From assembly GCA_947625505.1 (NCBI GenBank), contig CANQON010000001.1:28950-92949 (forward strand): a stretch of 64,000 nucleotides of DNA, read 5' to 3'. The stretch comes from an uncultured Bacilli bacterium. Its GTDB lineage: Bacteria; Bacillota_I; Bacilli_A; RF39; UBA660. The notes under the pieces were generated by a model, which was given only the letters and a program-made list of their open reading frames with translations, did not search any database and was not told the origin of the DNA. Of this stretch, positions 42,292 through 51,966 are shown piece by piece. A program made the position numbers and the translations under genes. Numbering within the stretch: position 1 is the first letter of the stretch; each line of letters opens with the position of its first letter.

Positions 42292-42357
42292 ATATTCATT
42301 ATTTTACTTGCTTAAAAGAGGTTTTTATTATATACTATATAACGTGGGAGATGAATT

Positions 42358-43620
42358 ATGGAAAAAAAGAACGAAAAAGAAATTATTATAAAAATTGAAG
42401 GTGCTGATTGGGAAAAAATATTAGATGAAGCATTTAAAAAAGCTAATCGTAAAGCTAAAATAGCTGGTTTTCGTCCTGGTAAAGCTCCAAAAAATGTCTA
42501 TATAAAACATTATGGAAAAGAAAGTCTATATTATGAAGCTTCTAATAAAGCTATTGAAGTAGCATATGATCGTTTATTAGAAGAAAATGAAGATTTACAA
42601 ATTGTTACAGAACCTACTGTTAATATTAATAGTATTGATGATTCTGGTATTGAGTTTAAGTTCTTATTAACTTTAAAACCAGAAGTAAAATTAGGAAAAT
42701 ACAAAGGTTTAAAGATTAAGAAAGATAAAGTAGAAGTAACACAAGAAGAAATAGATCATTCAATTGAACATATGCGTGAGCATTATAAAGAGAATGTTAC
42801 TAAAGAGGGTAAAATTAAAAAAGGTGACATTGCTGTTATCGATTTTGAAGGATTTAAAGATGGTGTAGCATTCCCTGGAGGAAAAGGAGAAAATTATTCC
42901 TTAGAAATTGGAAGTAATACATTTATTCCTGGTTTTGAAGATAAACTAATTGGTTTAAAAGCAGGTGATGAGAAAGAAATTAAACTTACTTTCCCAGAAG
43001 ATTATCATGCTGAAGACTTAAAAGGACAAAAAGTTGTATTCAAAGTTAAAGTTAATGAAGTTAAAGAAGTTGTTATTCCAGAATTAGATGCCGATTTCTT
43101 TGCTGATTTAGGTATGGAAGGTATCGATAGTAAAGAAGCTTTAGAAAAACAAGTAAAAGAAAATTTAACAGCGCAAAAAGAAAAAGAAGCAGAAGATAAA
43201 TGGACAGAAGATTTATTAGCAGAAGTAACAAAAAACTCAGAGTTAGATGTACCAGAAGCTATGATTAATGATGAACAAAATAGAATGATTAGAGAGTATA
43301 GTCAAAATTTACAAATGCAAGGTATATCTTTAGATCAATTCTATAAGTTTACTGGAATGACCGAAGAATCATTAAAAGCTGAATATAAAGAACAAGCAGC
43401 TAAGAGAGTTACATATCGTTTAATATTAGATGCTATTATCGAAGCTGAAAAAATTGATGCTACTGAAGAAGAAGTTAATAAAGAAATTGAAGAGTTATCT
43501 AAAAAGTATAATATGACAACAGAAGAATTTACTAATAACTTTGGTAGTGAAATGATGAAGTACGAATTAAAAGCTCGTAAAGCATTTAACTTATTAAAAG
43601 GAATTAAAGATGATAAATAA
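42358..43620 (+). CDS. tig: trigger factor
   Basis: The ribosome-binding signature GFRPGKAP is followed by the FKBP-like PPIase domain and the C-terminal domain. Length is 420 aa. Confidence 0.95.
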   Translation: MEKKNEKEIIIKIEGADWEKILDEAFKKANRKAKIAGFRPGKAPKNVYIKHYGKESLYYEASNKAIEVAYDRLLEENEDLQIVTEPTVNINSIDDSGIEFKFLLTLKPEVKLGKYKGLKIKKDKVEVTQEEIDHSIEHMREHYKENVTKEGKIKKGDIAVIDFEGFKDGVAFPGGKGENYSLEIGSNTFIPGFEDKLIGLKAGDEKEIKLTFPEDYHAEDLKGQKVVFKVKVNEVKEVVIPELDADFFADLGMEGIDSKEALEKQVKENLTAQKEKEAEDKWTEDLLAEVTKNSELDVPEAMINDEQNRMIREYSQNLQMQGISLDQFYKFTGMTEESLKAEYKEQAAKRVTYRLILDAIIEAEKIDATEEEVNKEIEELSKKYNMTTEEFTNNFGSEMMKYELKARKAFNLLKGIKDDK

Positions 43621-43622
43621 AA

Positions 43623-43653
43623 AGACATCCTAATTTAAAGGATGCCTTTTTTC
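43623..43653. terminator. bidirectional intrinsic terminator
   Basis: GACATCCT-aatttaa-AGGATGCC is followed by TTTTTT on the + strand and an A/T run on the – strand, between convergent tig and ftsW/rodA. Confidence 0.75.
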
Positions 43654-44763
43654 TATCTTCGTAATATTAAGGATAATACCAATAATAATCATATAACTTA
43701 AAAGACTAGAACCTCCGTAGCTTATAAAGGGTAGGGTAATACCCGTAATAGGAAGTAAGCCAAAAGTCATACCAATATTTTGTATTTGTTGATATATTAA
43801 CATAGCTACTGTGCCTCCAATAATATATTTATGAATATTATTTTTAGCTTTATAAGCAATATTAATAAGTCTTAAATCTAATATTAATAATAAGCCTAAA
43901 AGAAGGATAGAACCTATAAAACCAAAGTTTGATGCATATACAGCAAAGATAAAGTCTGTTTGTGGTTCAGGAAAATAGATAGGGGTGTTATTTAGTCCAA
44001 AACCTAGTAATCCACCAGATCCTATAGCTGTAATACCGTTTTCTAATTGGTATCCACTGCCACTAGACCAATCAAGTAAACGATCAACTCTTAAGAAGAA
44101 ACTTGTACCAAATAGTTGTATAAATAATTCTTGATTAAGAAAATAAATGGAAACAATTCCTCCAACTAAGAATGTTGCTAATCCTATAATAGCTATAAAC
44201 CATCGATAGCGTATACCTGATATAAATAACATAATAATAGTGATTAATAAATAAATGATAACAACACCAGTATCAGGTTGTAAGAAAGTTAAAAGACTAG
44301 GAATACCTACGATGATAGCAATTCTAATTAAAAAGAAAAATTCTTCACGAATGGTAGGATGAGGATAATCTTCATGAAATTTATTAATAGTAGTACTTAA
44401 AGTTAAAATTAATATTATTTTCATAAATTCACTAGGTTGAAAGACACCAACATGAGGTATTTTAAACCAACAACGAGCATTATTAACAGGTTCTCCAAAT
44501 ATTAGAAGCAAGATTAAAGATATAATGCCTCCAATATATAAGTATTTACTAATCTTCATAATATTTTTATTATCAATAAAATAAATACCAATAATAGCTA
44601 ATATACCGATTATATACCATATTAATTGTTTAATAGTATAGTTATCAGCACTAGTTCCTAATAATGTTTCAGCACTATTAATACTAATTAAGCTAATAAT
44701 AGATAAGGCAATAATAATTATGAGAAGTATATAATCAAATTTTATTTTTCTTAAGATACCCAT
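43630..44763 (-). CDS. SEDS-family peptidoglycan glycosyltransferase (FtsW/RodA/SpoVE)
   Basis: About 10 TM helices. SEDS signatures are present (…GSGGLLGFGL…, C-terminal …LPITGITLPFISYGGSS…). RBS AGAGGTGA precedes the ATG at 44763. Confidence 0.85.
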   Translation of the reverse strand: MGILRKIKFDYILLIIIIALSIISLISINSAETLLGTSADNYTIKQLIWYIIGILAIIGIYFIDNKNIMKISKYLYIGGIISLILLLIFGEPVNNARCWFKIPHVGVFQPSEFMKIILILTLSTTINKFHEDYPHPTIREEFFFLIRIAIIVGIPSLLTFLQPDTGVVIIYLLITIIMLFISGIRYRWFIAIIGLATFLVGGIVSIYFLNQELFIQLFGTSFFLRVDRLLDWSSGSGYQLENGITAIGSGGLLGFGLNNTPIYFPEPQTDFIFAVYASNFGFIGSILLLGLLLILDLRLINIAYKAKNNIHKYIIGGTVAMLIYQQIQNIGMTFGLLPITGITLPFISYGGSSLLSYMIIIGIILNITKIEKRHPLN

Positions 44764-44899
44764 TAAATCACCTCTAAATATATTACAACAATTAAACTTA
44801 TTATACAATTAAAAAGCAAAAATAATATATATAAATGTCGATTTTGTTTTCATAAAAAAATTTGGAATTTTAAAAGTTTTATAGTATAATGTTTTCTAG

Positions 44900-45232
44900 G
44901 TGATGTTAATGGATCCTATATTAATAAAATATATTTCAATAATATTAATATTGTTAATTGTTGCAATCGCTATTGCGAGAACAAAGAAAAAAGACTTTCG
45001 TTTAGAAGCTAATAAGTTAGTTGAATTATTAGGAGGTAAAGATAATATTGTTAATTATTCCTTTAATAAATCCCGTTTCATAGTTGATTTAAAAGATGTT
45101 AATTTAGCTAATAAGGAAGCTATCCAAAAAATGGGGGCTCAAGGTATTGTCGAAATTGATAATCAATTAAAGATTATTTTAGGAGAAAATGCTAAACAAA
45201 TAAAAAAATATATTCGTGAATTAGATGAGTAA
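44900..45232 (+). CDS. membrane-anchored PTS EIIB-like domain protein lacking the phospho-Cys
   Basis: One N-terminal TM helix. LVELLGGKDNIVNYSFNKSRFIVDLKDV…AIQKMGAQGIVEIDNQLKIILGENAKQI parallels the glucose-family EIIB fold (…LGGKENI…C.TRLR…GA.GV…Q.IIG…), but the catalytic Cys position is occupied by Asn/Phe. Confidence 0.45.
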   Translation: MMLMDPILIKYISIILILLIVAIAIARTKKKDFRLEANKLVELLGGKDNIVNYSFNKSRFIVDLKDVNLANKEAIQKMGAQGIVEIDNQLKIILGENAKQIKKYIRELDE

Positions 45233-45248
45233 TAACTCATCTTTTTTT
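45223..45248 (+). terminator. intrinsic terminator
   Basis: GATGAGT-aata-ACTCATC followed by T8. Confidence 0.75.
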
Positions 45249-45285
45249 TCGACATTATACGACAGCAATTTTCGCTATAATTAGC

Positions 45286-46452
45286 ATGGTGATGAATATG
45301 AATTGGTTTGAAAAAATAATAATTAGTATGTTGTTATTAACGTTTCCTTTATTTTGTTATTTATTTCATATTGTTACGAATAAAAATATTGATGAAAAAC
45401 ATCGTGATTTATGTTTAGAATTTGCTTTAATAAGTATATATTATTTAAATGTTAAGTATCAATTAAATGACTTATATACTGTTTTATTAGCTACCATACC
45501 AATTGCTTTTGCTTATCGAAAAAAATTTTATTTAGTAACATTAATTCTTATTTTAGTATCTTTTATTTTATATTATAGTAATGATTATTTTTTATTATTA
45601 ATAATGAATATTATTATGATTATTTCTTTTAGTATTAATAAGAATTTCCGTCGTTACTTAATAGGTTTTACATTACTTAGTATTACATGCTTAATAATAC
45701 TTAATCAAAGTAATATTATCTATTTAGTTGCCTACTTATTGTTAGCTGATTTTGCTAACTACACATTAACTAAGGGAGAAGATTTGATTAATTATCATAT
45801 CGAGTATAAAGATTTAAAGAAAGAGCATGAAATTAGAAACTCTTTATTTAAGATAACCCATGAAATAAAAAATCCTTTAGCGGTTTGTAAAGCTTATATA
45901 GATATGTTTGATTATAATGATATAAAATGCGCTCAAAAATATATTCCTATTATTTCTAGTGAAATAGATAATTTGCTTGTTTTATTACAAGATTTCTTAC
46001 TGGTTAATAAAGATAATATTAATTTTGATATTATGGATATAAATATCTTATTAGAAGATATTGTAAGATCAATGGGGGAATTAAATAGAATTGATATTAC
46101 TTTGGAAACCGTTGATGAAGAAATATATATTAATGGTGATTATAATCGTTTAACACAAGTTCTTACTAATCTAGTAAAGAATAGTTATGAAGCAAATGCT
46201 GATGATATTATTATTAGGCTATCTCTTACTAGTGATAACGTTTTAATTGAAATAGTTGATAATGGAGATGGAATATCCGAATTAGATAAAGATAAAATAT
46301 ATACACCATTTTATACGACGAAAAAGAATGGCACAGGACTAGGGGTTTCTTTATCAAAAGAAATTATTGAAGCTCATAATGGTACTTTAGAATATTATAG
46401 TAATAATCAAGGTACAACAGCTAAAATTCTATTACCCCAACTAGTAATATAG
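45286..46452 (+). CDS. orphan multi-TM sensor histidine kinase (HisKA + HATPase_c; KinB-like architecture)
   Basis: 5–6 N-terminal TM helices. H-box ITHEIKNPL, N-box LVKNSYEA, G1 DNGDGI and G2 GTGLGVS are present. No adjacent response regulator is seen. The start is uncertain: TATAAT sits immediately upstream, so the transcript may be leaderless. Confidence 0.8.
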   Translation: MVMNMNWFEKIIISMLLLTFPLFCYLFHIVTNKNIDEKHRDLCLEFALISIYYLNVKYQLNDLYTVLLATIPIAFAYRKKFYLVTLILILVSFILYYSNDYFLLLIMNIIMIISFSINKNFRRYLIGFTLLSITCLIILNQSNIIYLVAYLLLADFANYTLTKGEDLINYHIEYKDLKKEHEIRNSLFKITHEIKNPLAVCKAYIDMFDYNDIKCAQKYIPIISSEIDNLLVLLQDFLLVNKDNINFDIMDINILLEDIVRSMGELNRIDITLETVDEEIYINGDYNRLTQVLTNLVKNSYEANADDIIIRLSLTSDNVLIEIVDNGDGISELDKDKIYTPFYTTKKNGTGLGVSLSKEIIEAHNGTLEYYSNNQGTTAKILLPQLVI

Positions 46453-46494
46453 ATAAATTATCTAAAACGTGATAAAATTATTATAGGTGATGAT

Positions 46495-47988
46495 ATGAAA
46501 CCATTAGTATTATGTATTATGGATGGTGTAGGAGAGAGAAAAGAATTACATGGAAATGCTGTAAAACAAGCTGATACTCCTATTTTAGATATGTTAAAAG
46601 GTAAATATGGATATAGTTTATTAGAAGCAAGTGGAACAAAAGTAGGACTACCAGAAGGCCAAATGGGTAATAGTGAAGTAGGTCATATGAATATTGGTGC
46701 AGGTAGAATTATTTATCAACCACTAGAACTAATCAATAACGCTATTAAAGATCAAACTTTTTACCAAAATGAAGAATTATTAAGAGCTATTAATCATGTA
46801 AAAAGATATAATTCAAAATTACATATTATGGGATTAATTAGTGATGGGGGAGTACACTCACATATTAATCATTTATTAGCTATATTAGATATGTGTAAAT
46901 TAAATAATGTTAGTAATATATATTTACATTTGTGTACAGATGGAAGAGATGTTGATCCTCATAGCGCCTATAGTTATATAGCTCGAGTTGAAGATAAGTT
47001 AAGAGAAGTAGGAGGCATTATTGCAACTATAAGTGGTAGATATTATACTATGGATCGTGATAATAATTATGATCGTTTACAAAAAGGGTATGATGCTATT
47101 GTTTATGGTAATGGATTAAGTAGTAATTCTCCTAAAGAAGCTATTGATATGAGTTATCAAAATGATATTAGTGATGAATTTATTGTACCAACAGTCTTTA
47201 CTGATAAAGGTACAGTAGATGATAATGATGCTTTTATTACTTTTAACTTCCGTAAAGATCGTTTACGTGAATTATTTACAGCTTTAACTAATCCTAATTT
47301 TAATGATATGCCTGTTAAAAAAATTAATAATTTATATGTACTTACGATGTTACCTGTTGTTGAATCTGTAATAGCGCCTCATGCTTTTGATGATCCAAAT
47401 CCTCATCATATATTAGGAGAAGTATTAGCTGATAATGGATTAAAACAATTACGTATTGCGGAAACAGAAAAGTATGCACATGTTACCTTCTTCTTTGATG
47501 GAGGAAAAGAAGTAGATTATCCAAATGAGAAGAAAATACTTATTCCTTCTCCTAAAGTAGCGACTTATGATTTAAAACCTGAAATGAGTGCTTATGAAGT
47601 AACAGAGAATTTAATTAATGAATTACCTTTCGTTGATGTTGTTATTTTAAATTTTGCTAATGGCGATATGGTAGGACATACAGGAGTATTTGATGCTGCT
47701 GTTAAAGCTGTGGAAGTTGTTGATGAATGTATTGGTAAAATATATGATAAAGTTGTTAGCTTAGAAGGTACTTTATTTATTATAGCTGATCATGGTAATA
47801 GTGATTATATGTTAGATGATGATGATAATGTTATAACAAGTCATTCAACTAGTTTAGTACCTTGTATTATTACTAAAGAGGGTATTAAATTAAAAAATGG
47901 TAAATTAGCAGATGTAGCGCCAACAATGTTACGTTTATTAAATATTGAGATACCTAGTGAAATGACAGGAGATGTCTTAATTGGCTAG
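46495..47988 (+). CDS. gpmI: 2,3-bisphosphoglycerate-independent phosphoglycerate mutase
   Basis: Catalytic and metal-binding motifs are all intact: IMDGVG, GNSEVGH, SDGGVHSH, TDGRDVDP, NGDMVGHTG and IIADHGNSD. Confidence 0.95.
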   Translation: MKPLVLCIMDGVGERKELHGNAVKQADTPILDMLKGKYGYSLLEASGTKVGLPEGQMGNSEVGHMNIGAGRIIYQPLELINNAIKDQTFYQNEELLRAINHVKRYNSKLHIMGLISDGGVHSHINHLLAILDMCKLNNVSNIYLHLCTDGRDVDPHSAYSYIARVEDKLREVGGIIATISGRYYTMDRDNNYDRLQKGYDAIVYGNGLSSNSPKEAIDMSYQNDISDEFIVPTVFTDKGTVDDNDAFITFNFRKDRLRELFTALTNPNFNDMPVKKINNLYVLTMLPVVESVIAPHAFDDPNPHHILGEVLADNGLKQLRIAETEKYAHVTFFFDGGKEVDYPNEKKILIPSPKVATYDLKPEMSAYEVTENLINELPFVDVVILNFANGDMVGHTGVFDAAVKAVEVVDECIGKIYDKVVSLEGTLFIIADHGNSDYMLDDDDNVITSHSTSLVPCIITKEGIKLKNGKLADVAPTMLRLLNIEIPSEMTGDVLIG

Positions 47989-48547
47989 TGTTAATTTCTC
48001 ATATGCTAATGCTTTTGAATTATATACGAGAATGTTTTCTAATATCTCAGCTTTTTCTTTAATAGCTTTAGCACTCCTTTTCTTTATTATTATTTTAATG
48101 GTTAATATAGAAAATCGTAATATGCATTTTATCTTTACAGCTTTAAATACGCTTTTAGTTCTTTATATAATTATTGTATATGGAAAAGATATTATTAATA
48201 ATATTGATACTTTCTTTAAGACTAATATATTTAAGAATATTTATTTCTTTTTAATGAATACTGTTATTTCTTTAGTTTTGATTAATCAAAAAATAGTAAG
48301 TTCTAAAACACCAAAAGGTATTAAATATGTAGCTAGTATCTGTTTCTATTTTATTGCTTTAAATGCTATATTAATGCTATTTATGTCTAATGTTTTAGAA
48401 CATATTATCTTATTAGTTTTAGGTAATACTTATCCGATGATTTATTTTGGTAATATTGCGTCTTTCATTATTTATGGATTATTATTACTATATTATTTGT
48501 TGTGTGCTCCAAAGAAACATAAACATCGTTTTGGTAGCCATGTATAA
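47981..48547 (+). CDS. hypothetical polytopic membrane protein, 188 aa
   Basis: 5–6 hydrophobic helices. It overlaps the end of gpmI by 8 nt. Confidence 0.5.
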   Translation: MASVNFSYANAFELYTRMFSNISAFSLIALALLFFIIILMVNIENRNMHFIFTALNTLLVLYIIIVYGKDIINNIDTFFKTNIFKNIYFFLMNTVISLVLINQKIVSSKTPKGIKYVASICFYFIALNAILMLFMSNVLEHIILLVLGNTYPMIYFGNIASFIIYGLLLLYYLLCAPKKHKHRFGSHV

Positions 48548-48569
48548 GGCATCTTTATGATGCTTTTTT
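48547..48569 (+). terminator. intrinsic terminator
   Basis: AGGCATC-tttat-GATGCTT followed by TTTTTT, then TTGACA, a 17-nt spacer and TATACT as promoter for engB. Confidence 0.65.
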
Positions 48570-48622
48570 GACAAAGATATGTATAAATGATATACTTAAT
48601 ACGATTTTAAGGAGGGAGAAAC

Positions 48623-49204
48623 TTGAAAATAAATGATGTAGAACTTGTCATAAGTGCAGTTAGACGTAGTCAATATCCTACTGATGAAAAACCCGAATAT
48701 TTATTAGTAGGAAGATCAAATGTTGGCAAAAGTAGTTTTATTAACACTCTTATTAATCGTAAAAATTATGCACGTACTTCTGCAACTCCAGGTAAAACAC
48801 AAACGATTAACTTTTATTTAGTTAATGATGAGTTTTATTTAGTAGATGCTCCCGGATATGGTTTTGCAGCTTTAAGTAAAGCTAAACAAAAGAAATTTGG
48901 ATTAATGATGGAAGATTATTTACAAAATCGTCCTAATTTAAAACAAGTATTTATGCTAGTAGATTTTCGTCATAAACCTACAAAAGACGATTTAATGATG
49001 TATGATTATTTGAAACATTATAAAATACCTGTAACAATTGTTGCTACTAAAACTGACAAAGTAGGAATTACATCACAACAAAAGCAAAGAACAAGTTTAT
49101 TAAATGATTTAGATTTAGTAGTTGGTGATGACTTTGTAATGTTTTCTAATGTAACTAAATTAGGTAGAGATGAAGTATACCAAAAGATAGAAATGACAAA
49201 ATAG
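48623..49204 (+). CDS. engB: ribosome biogenesis GTPase YihA/EngB (YsxC)
   Basis: TTG start preceded by RBS GGAGGGAG. G1 is GRSNVGKSS, and the TPGKTQ and DAPGYG motifs are present. Confidence 0.9.
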   Translation: MKINDVELVISAVRRSQYPTDEKPEYLLVGRSNVGKSSFINTLINRKNYARTSATPGKTQTINFYLVNDEFYLVDAPGYGFAALSKAKQKKFGLMMEDYLQNRPNLKQVFMLVDFRHKPTKDDLMMYDYLKHYKIPVTIVATKTDKVGITSQQKQRTSLLNDLDLVVGDDFVMFSNVTKLGRDEVYQKIEMTK

Positions 49205-49246
49205 TACATTCTATCTTTTTTTTCATACACTATTATGGGTGAATGT

Positions 49247-49675
49247 ATGAGAGTAGATAATATTGATGACCAAATAATTGTTTATTTAACTAATATTATC
49301 AATGAGGATTTAGAAATAATATGTGAACAAGTAATTAATAAATTAAAAAAATATTATGGAATCGAATTGAAAGGCTTTTATGAAGTAACTATATATTATG
49401 ACTTAAATTATGGTATGGTTTTAGTATTTAATTTAGAAGATTTAGATTTATATTATGATTATAGTAAAGTAGATTTACACATAATAAAAAAGGATAGTAC
49501 TTTTTTATTAGAAATAAAAGATATTTTAGATATAGCTACAGATGAATATTATTTTTATAATGATAAGTATTATCTATCTATTAAAGATATTAATGTTAAT
49601 AATTTAGAATTTGGTAAATTAGTATATGATACAGAAGAAATATTAAAGAAAGCAATTGTATGTAAAATACCATAA
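49247..49675 (+). CDS. hypothetical cytoplasmic acidic protein, about 142 aa
   Basis: RBS GGGTGAA precedes the ATG at 49247. The N-terminus MRVDNIDDQIIVYL… weakly recalls the N-terminal segments of MecA-type adaptors; this is not a confident assignment. Confidence 0.45.
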   Translation: MRVDNIDDQIIVYLTNIINEDLEIICEQVINKLKKYYGIELKGFYEVTIYYDLNYGMVLVFNLEDLDLYYDYSKVDLHIIKKDSTFLLEIKDILDIATDEYYFYNDKYYLSIKDINVNNLEFGKLVYDTEEILKKAIVCKIP

Positions 49676-49697
49676 AAGGTATATCAATTTTGCAAAA

Positions 49698-49710
49698 AGA
49701 GTGATATAAT
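49698..49710 (+). promoter_or_regulatory. extended -10 promoter (TGaTATAAT) at the head of the T7SS-like locus
   Basis: GAGTGATATAATTTTA lies about 30 nt upstream of the RBS AGGGTGA and the ATG at 49737. Confidence 0.45.
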
Positions 49711-49736
49711 TTTAATGAGTAAAATAGGGTGATAAG

Positions 49737-51329
49737 ATGAACGAAAAGAAAACAGTATTATTTTTAATGAATGGATTTGGAACTGAATCCGCTAAATCAT
49801 TTGAAGTATATTCTAAAGAAGTAATGCCTACTTTTGATACACTTATTAACGCTTATCCATTTAAATTATTATTTGCATCAGGTGAATTAATAGGCGCTAA
49901 TAAAAATGAAGTATCAAATTTTAAGACAGGATACTATAACTTTAGTAGTTTTGGACATCCAAGTAAAAAAGAAGATGTTTTAAATAGTAAAATAGCTGCT
50001 AATGAATTTAATAATAATCCTGTTATCAATAATAGTATTGATATAGCTGTTCAAAATAAGTCTAATTTACACATTGTATTTACTTTAGGTGATAAGGTAA
50101 ATAATGAAAGATATGAACATTTAAAACAATATTTAGAATTAGCTGTATCTAAAAACGTTGGTAAGATATATGTACACCTTATTTTAGGTGATAGTAGTAC
50201 AAGAGGATTAAAAATAGGAAGTCAATGCTTAACTAATTTTAAAAATAGAGTTTTACGTTATTATCCTCAAATTATTGTTGCATCACTAGCAGGAAGAATG
50301 TATGTAAAAAATGGATCTGCTAATGATATTGCTAACTATTATCGTATGATGGTTAGTGCCGTAGGAGAAATATGGACAGATTACGAAGCAACTTTAACAA
50401 AAAAATATGAACACGGTATGAATGATGATAATATGATTGCATTCTTAACTATACGTGAAAATATGTTACTTGAAGGTGACAGCATCTTTATGTTTAACTA
50501 TAGTAACAATATAGCAAGACAATTTTTAGATGTTGTTATAAATCCAAAAAAGTATTTTCCAACTAGTAATGTACCAGAAAATATTCATATTAACTCTTTA
50601 TTTACTATTAATAATTTGCCTCAAATACCACGTGCTTTTGAGGATGCTGTACCAGATACTTATTTATTAGATAAAATACCTGATACAAAAAAAGTCTTAA
50701 TTATGGCTACTAAAGAGCGTATACCTTATGTTAGTAAAACATTAAATGGATTTAGGCCTTCATTTAAAAGCAATGTTAGTGTATGGCCAATAGAAGATCG
50801 TAAAAAGAGATTTCAAAGCATTAGTCAGTATTTAGCTGCCTATATTAATCAAGATATATATGATTTAATAATCGTTGATTGTGAATTATATGATGAAGGT
50901 GCTGATGAACGTACGATAGCTAAAGTAATAGATAACATGAAAGAATTAGATAAATGTTTAAATATTACTTATCATCGTGCTATGGATAAGAATTATCGTT
51001 TAATAGCAACTTCATTATATGGAATTAAACAAAGATTTAAGTTAACAGCAACTATGGAATTAGTTGATTTATCACAAAAGACCCCATTCTTACTTGTTGA
51101 TAAAGAAATAAGAAGATTAGATATAGTCTTTAAAAATGAGGGAACATTTATTGATGTAGCTCGTTTAATTGCGATATCTTTTGGTTCTCAAATGTCAAAT
51201 AACTTAATTCAAATAGAAACAGTCGAAGAAAAGAAAAGTAGTAACAAAAAGAAATATATTATATTAGCTATACCAATAGCTATCTTATTAATATTGGTTA
51301 TAGCGTATATTTATATGATGTATTTTTAA
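49737..51329 (+). CDS. catalytically degenerate iPGM (GpmI) paralogue with a C-terminal TM anchor; first gene of the T7SS-like locus
   Basis: It aligns along its length with the window's own GpmI: VLFLMNGFGTE vs VLCIMDGVGER; LLFASGE vs LLEASGT; LHIVFTLGD…KIYVHLILGD vs LHIMGLISDGG…NIYLHLCTDGRD; LIIVDCELYDEGADERTIAKVIDNMKELDKC vs VVILNFANGDMVGHTGVFDAAVKAVEVVDEC. The catalytic Ser motif and the metal ligands DH/GH/DHG are lost. It ends with a hydrophobic helix, KKYIILAIPIAILLILVIAYIYMMYF. Confidence 0.7.
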   Translation: MNEKKTVLFLMNGFGTESAKSFEVYSKEVMPTFDTLINAYPFKLLFASGELIGANKNEVSNFKTGYYNFSSFGHPSKKEDVLNSKIAANEFNNNPVINNSIDIAVQNKSNLHIVFTLGDKVNNERYEHLKQYLELAVSKNVGKIYVHLILGDSSTRGLKIGSQCLTNFKNRVLRYYPQIIVASLAGRMYVKNGSANDIANYYRMMVSAVGEIWTDYEATLTKKYEHGMNDDNMIAFLTIRENMLLEGDSIFMFNYSNNIARQFLDVVINPKKYFPTSNVPENIHINSLFTINNLPQIPRAFEDAVPDTYLLDKIPDTKKVLIMATKERIPYVSKTLNGFRPSFKSNVSVWPIEDRKKRFQSISQYLAAYINQDIYDLIIVDCELYDEGADERTIAKVIDNMKELDKCLNITYHRAMDKNYRLIATSLYGIKQRFKLTATMELVDLSQKTPFLLVDKEIRRLDIVFKNEGTFIDVARLIAISFGSQMSNNLIQIETVEEKKSSNKKKYIILAIPIAILLILVIAYIYMMYF

Positions 51330-51411
51330 TTTTATCTTTTAATTAAAAATGAAATGTGATATCATTATAGAGTAGAAGACTATAAGATAAAGGAATATAG
51401 AGGGTGAGAGT

Positions 51412-51663
51412 ATGAATAAAGTTCTTGTTAATATATACGTACCTCTTATTGAACAAGAATACAATTTATTTATCCCAGTTAATCGTAAGATTGGCTTGGT
51501 GAAAAAAATAATTGGTCATTCAATTGTTGAATTATCTGACGGAAATTATCAAATAGAGGGCTACTTCAACCTTTATAATAAAACGACAAATCGTGTTTAT
51601 GATGATGATACTTATGTAATAAATACCGATATTCGTAATGGTTCTAAACTTATCTTATTGTAG
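51412..51663 (+). CDS. YukD/EsaB-like ubiquitin-fold T7SS protein
   Basis: 83 aa. The YukD/EsaB pattern is present (VLVNIYVP…YNLFIPVN.KIG.V…NTDIRNGSKLILL). RBS GAGGGTGAG precedes the ATG. Confidence 0.7.
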   Translation: MNKVLVNIYVPLIEQEYNLFIPVNRKIGLVKKIIGHSIVELSDGNYQIEGYFNLYNKTTNRVYDDDTYVINTDIRNGSKLILL

Positions 51664-51679
51664 TTAGGAAAGGTGAGTT

Positions 51680-51958
51680 ATGGATAATATTTATATTGAT
51701 TATAATCAAGGAGCTACTTTAGGTCATAAGATTCAAGGTGAATCTACAGACTTAAAAAATCTTCTTGATCGATTAAGGGAAATACAAGAGCAATTAAAAC
51801 CAATGCTTAATGATAGTAATGATGAAAAATATGTAAAAACAATTGATGGTGAATTAAAAGTTATGGAAAAATTAGCTGAGACAATAGATGAAACAGGAAG
51901 CTTCTTAGTTAATGTTTCTAATGCTTATCAAGATGCTGCTGAAAGCATTCATAGTTAG
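51680..51958 (+). CDS. small Esx/WXG100-superfamily-like helical protein lacking the WxG motif
   Basis: 92 aa, predicted helical hairpin, no Trp. It is directly upstream of a bona fide WxG gene within a T7SS locus. RBS AAAGGTGA precedes the ATG. Confidence 0.5.
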   Translation: MDNIYIDYNQGATLGHKIQGESTDLKNLLDRLREIQEQLKPMLNDSNDEKYVKTIDGELKVMEKLAETIDETGSFLVNVSNAYQDAAESIHS

Positions 51959-51966
51959 GTGATATT

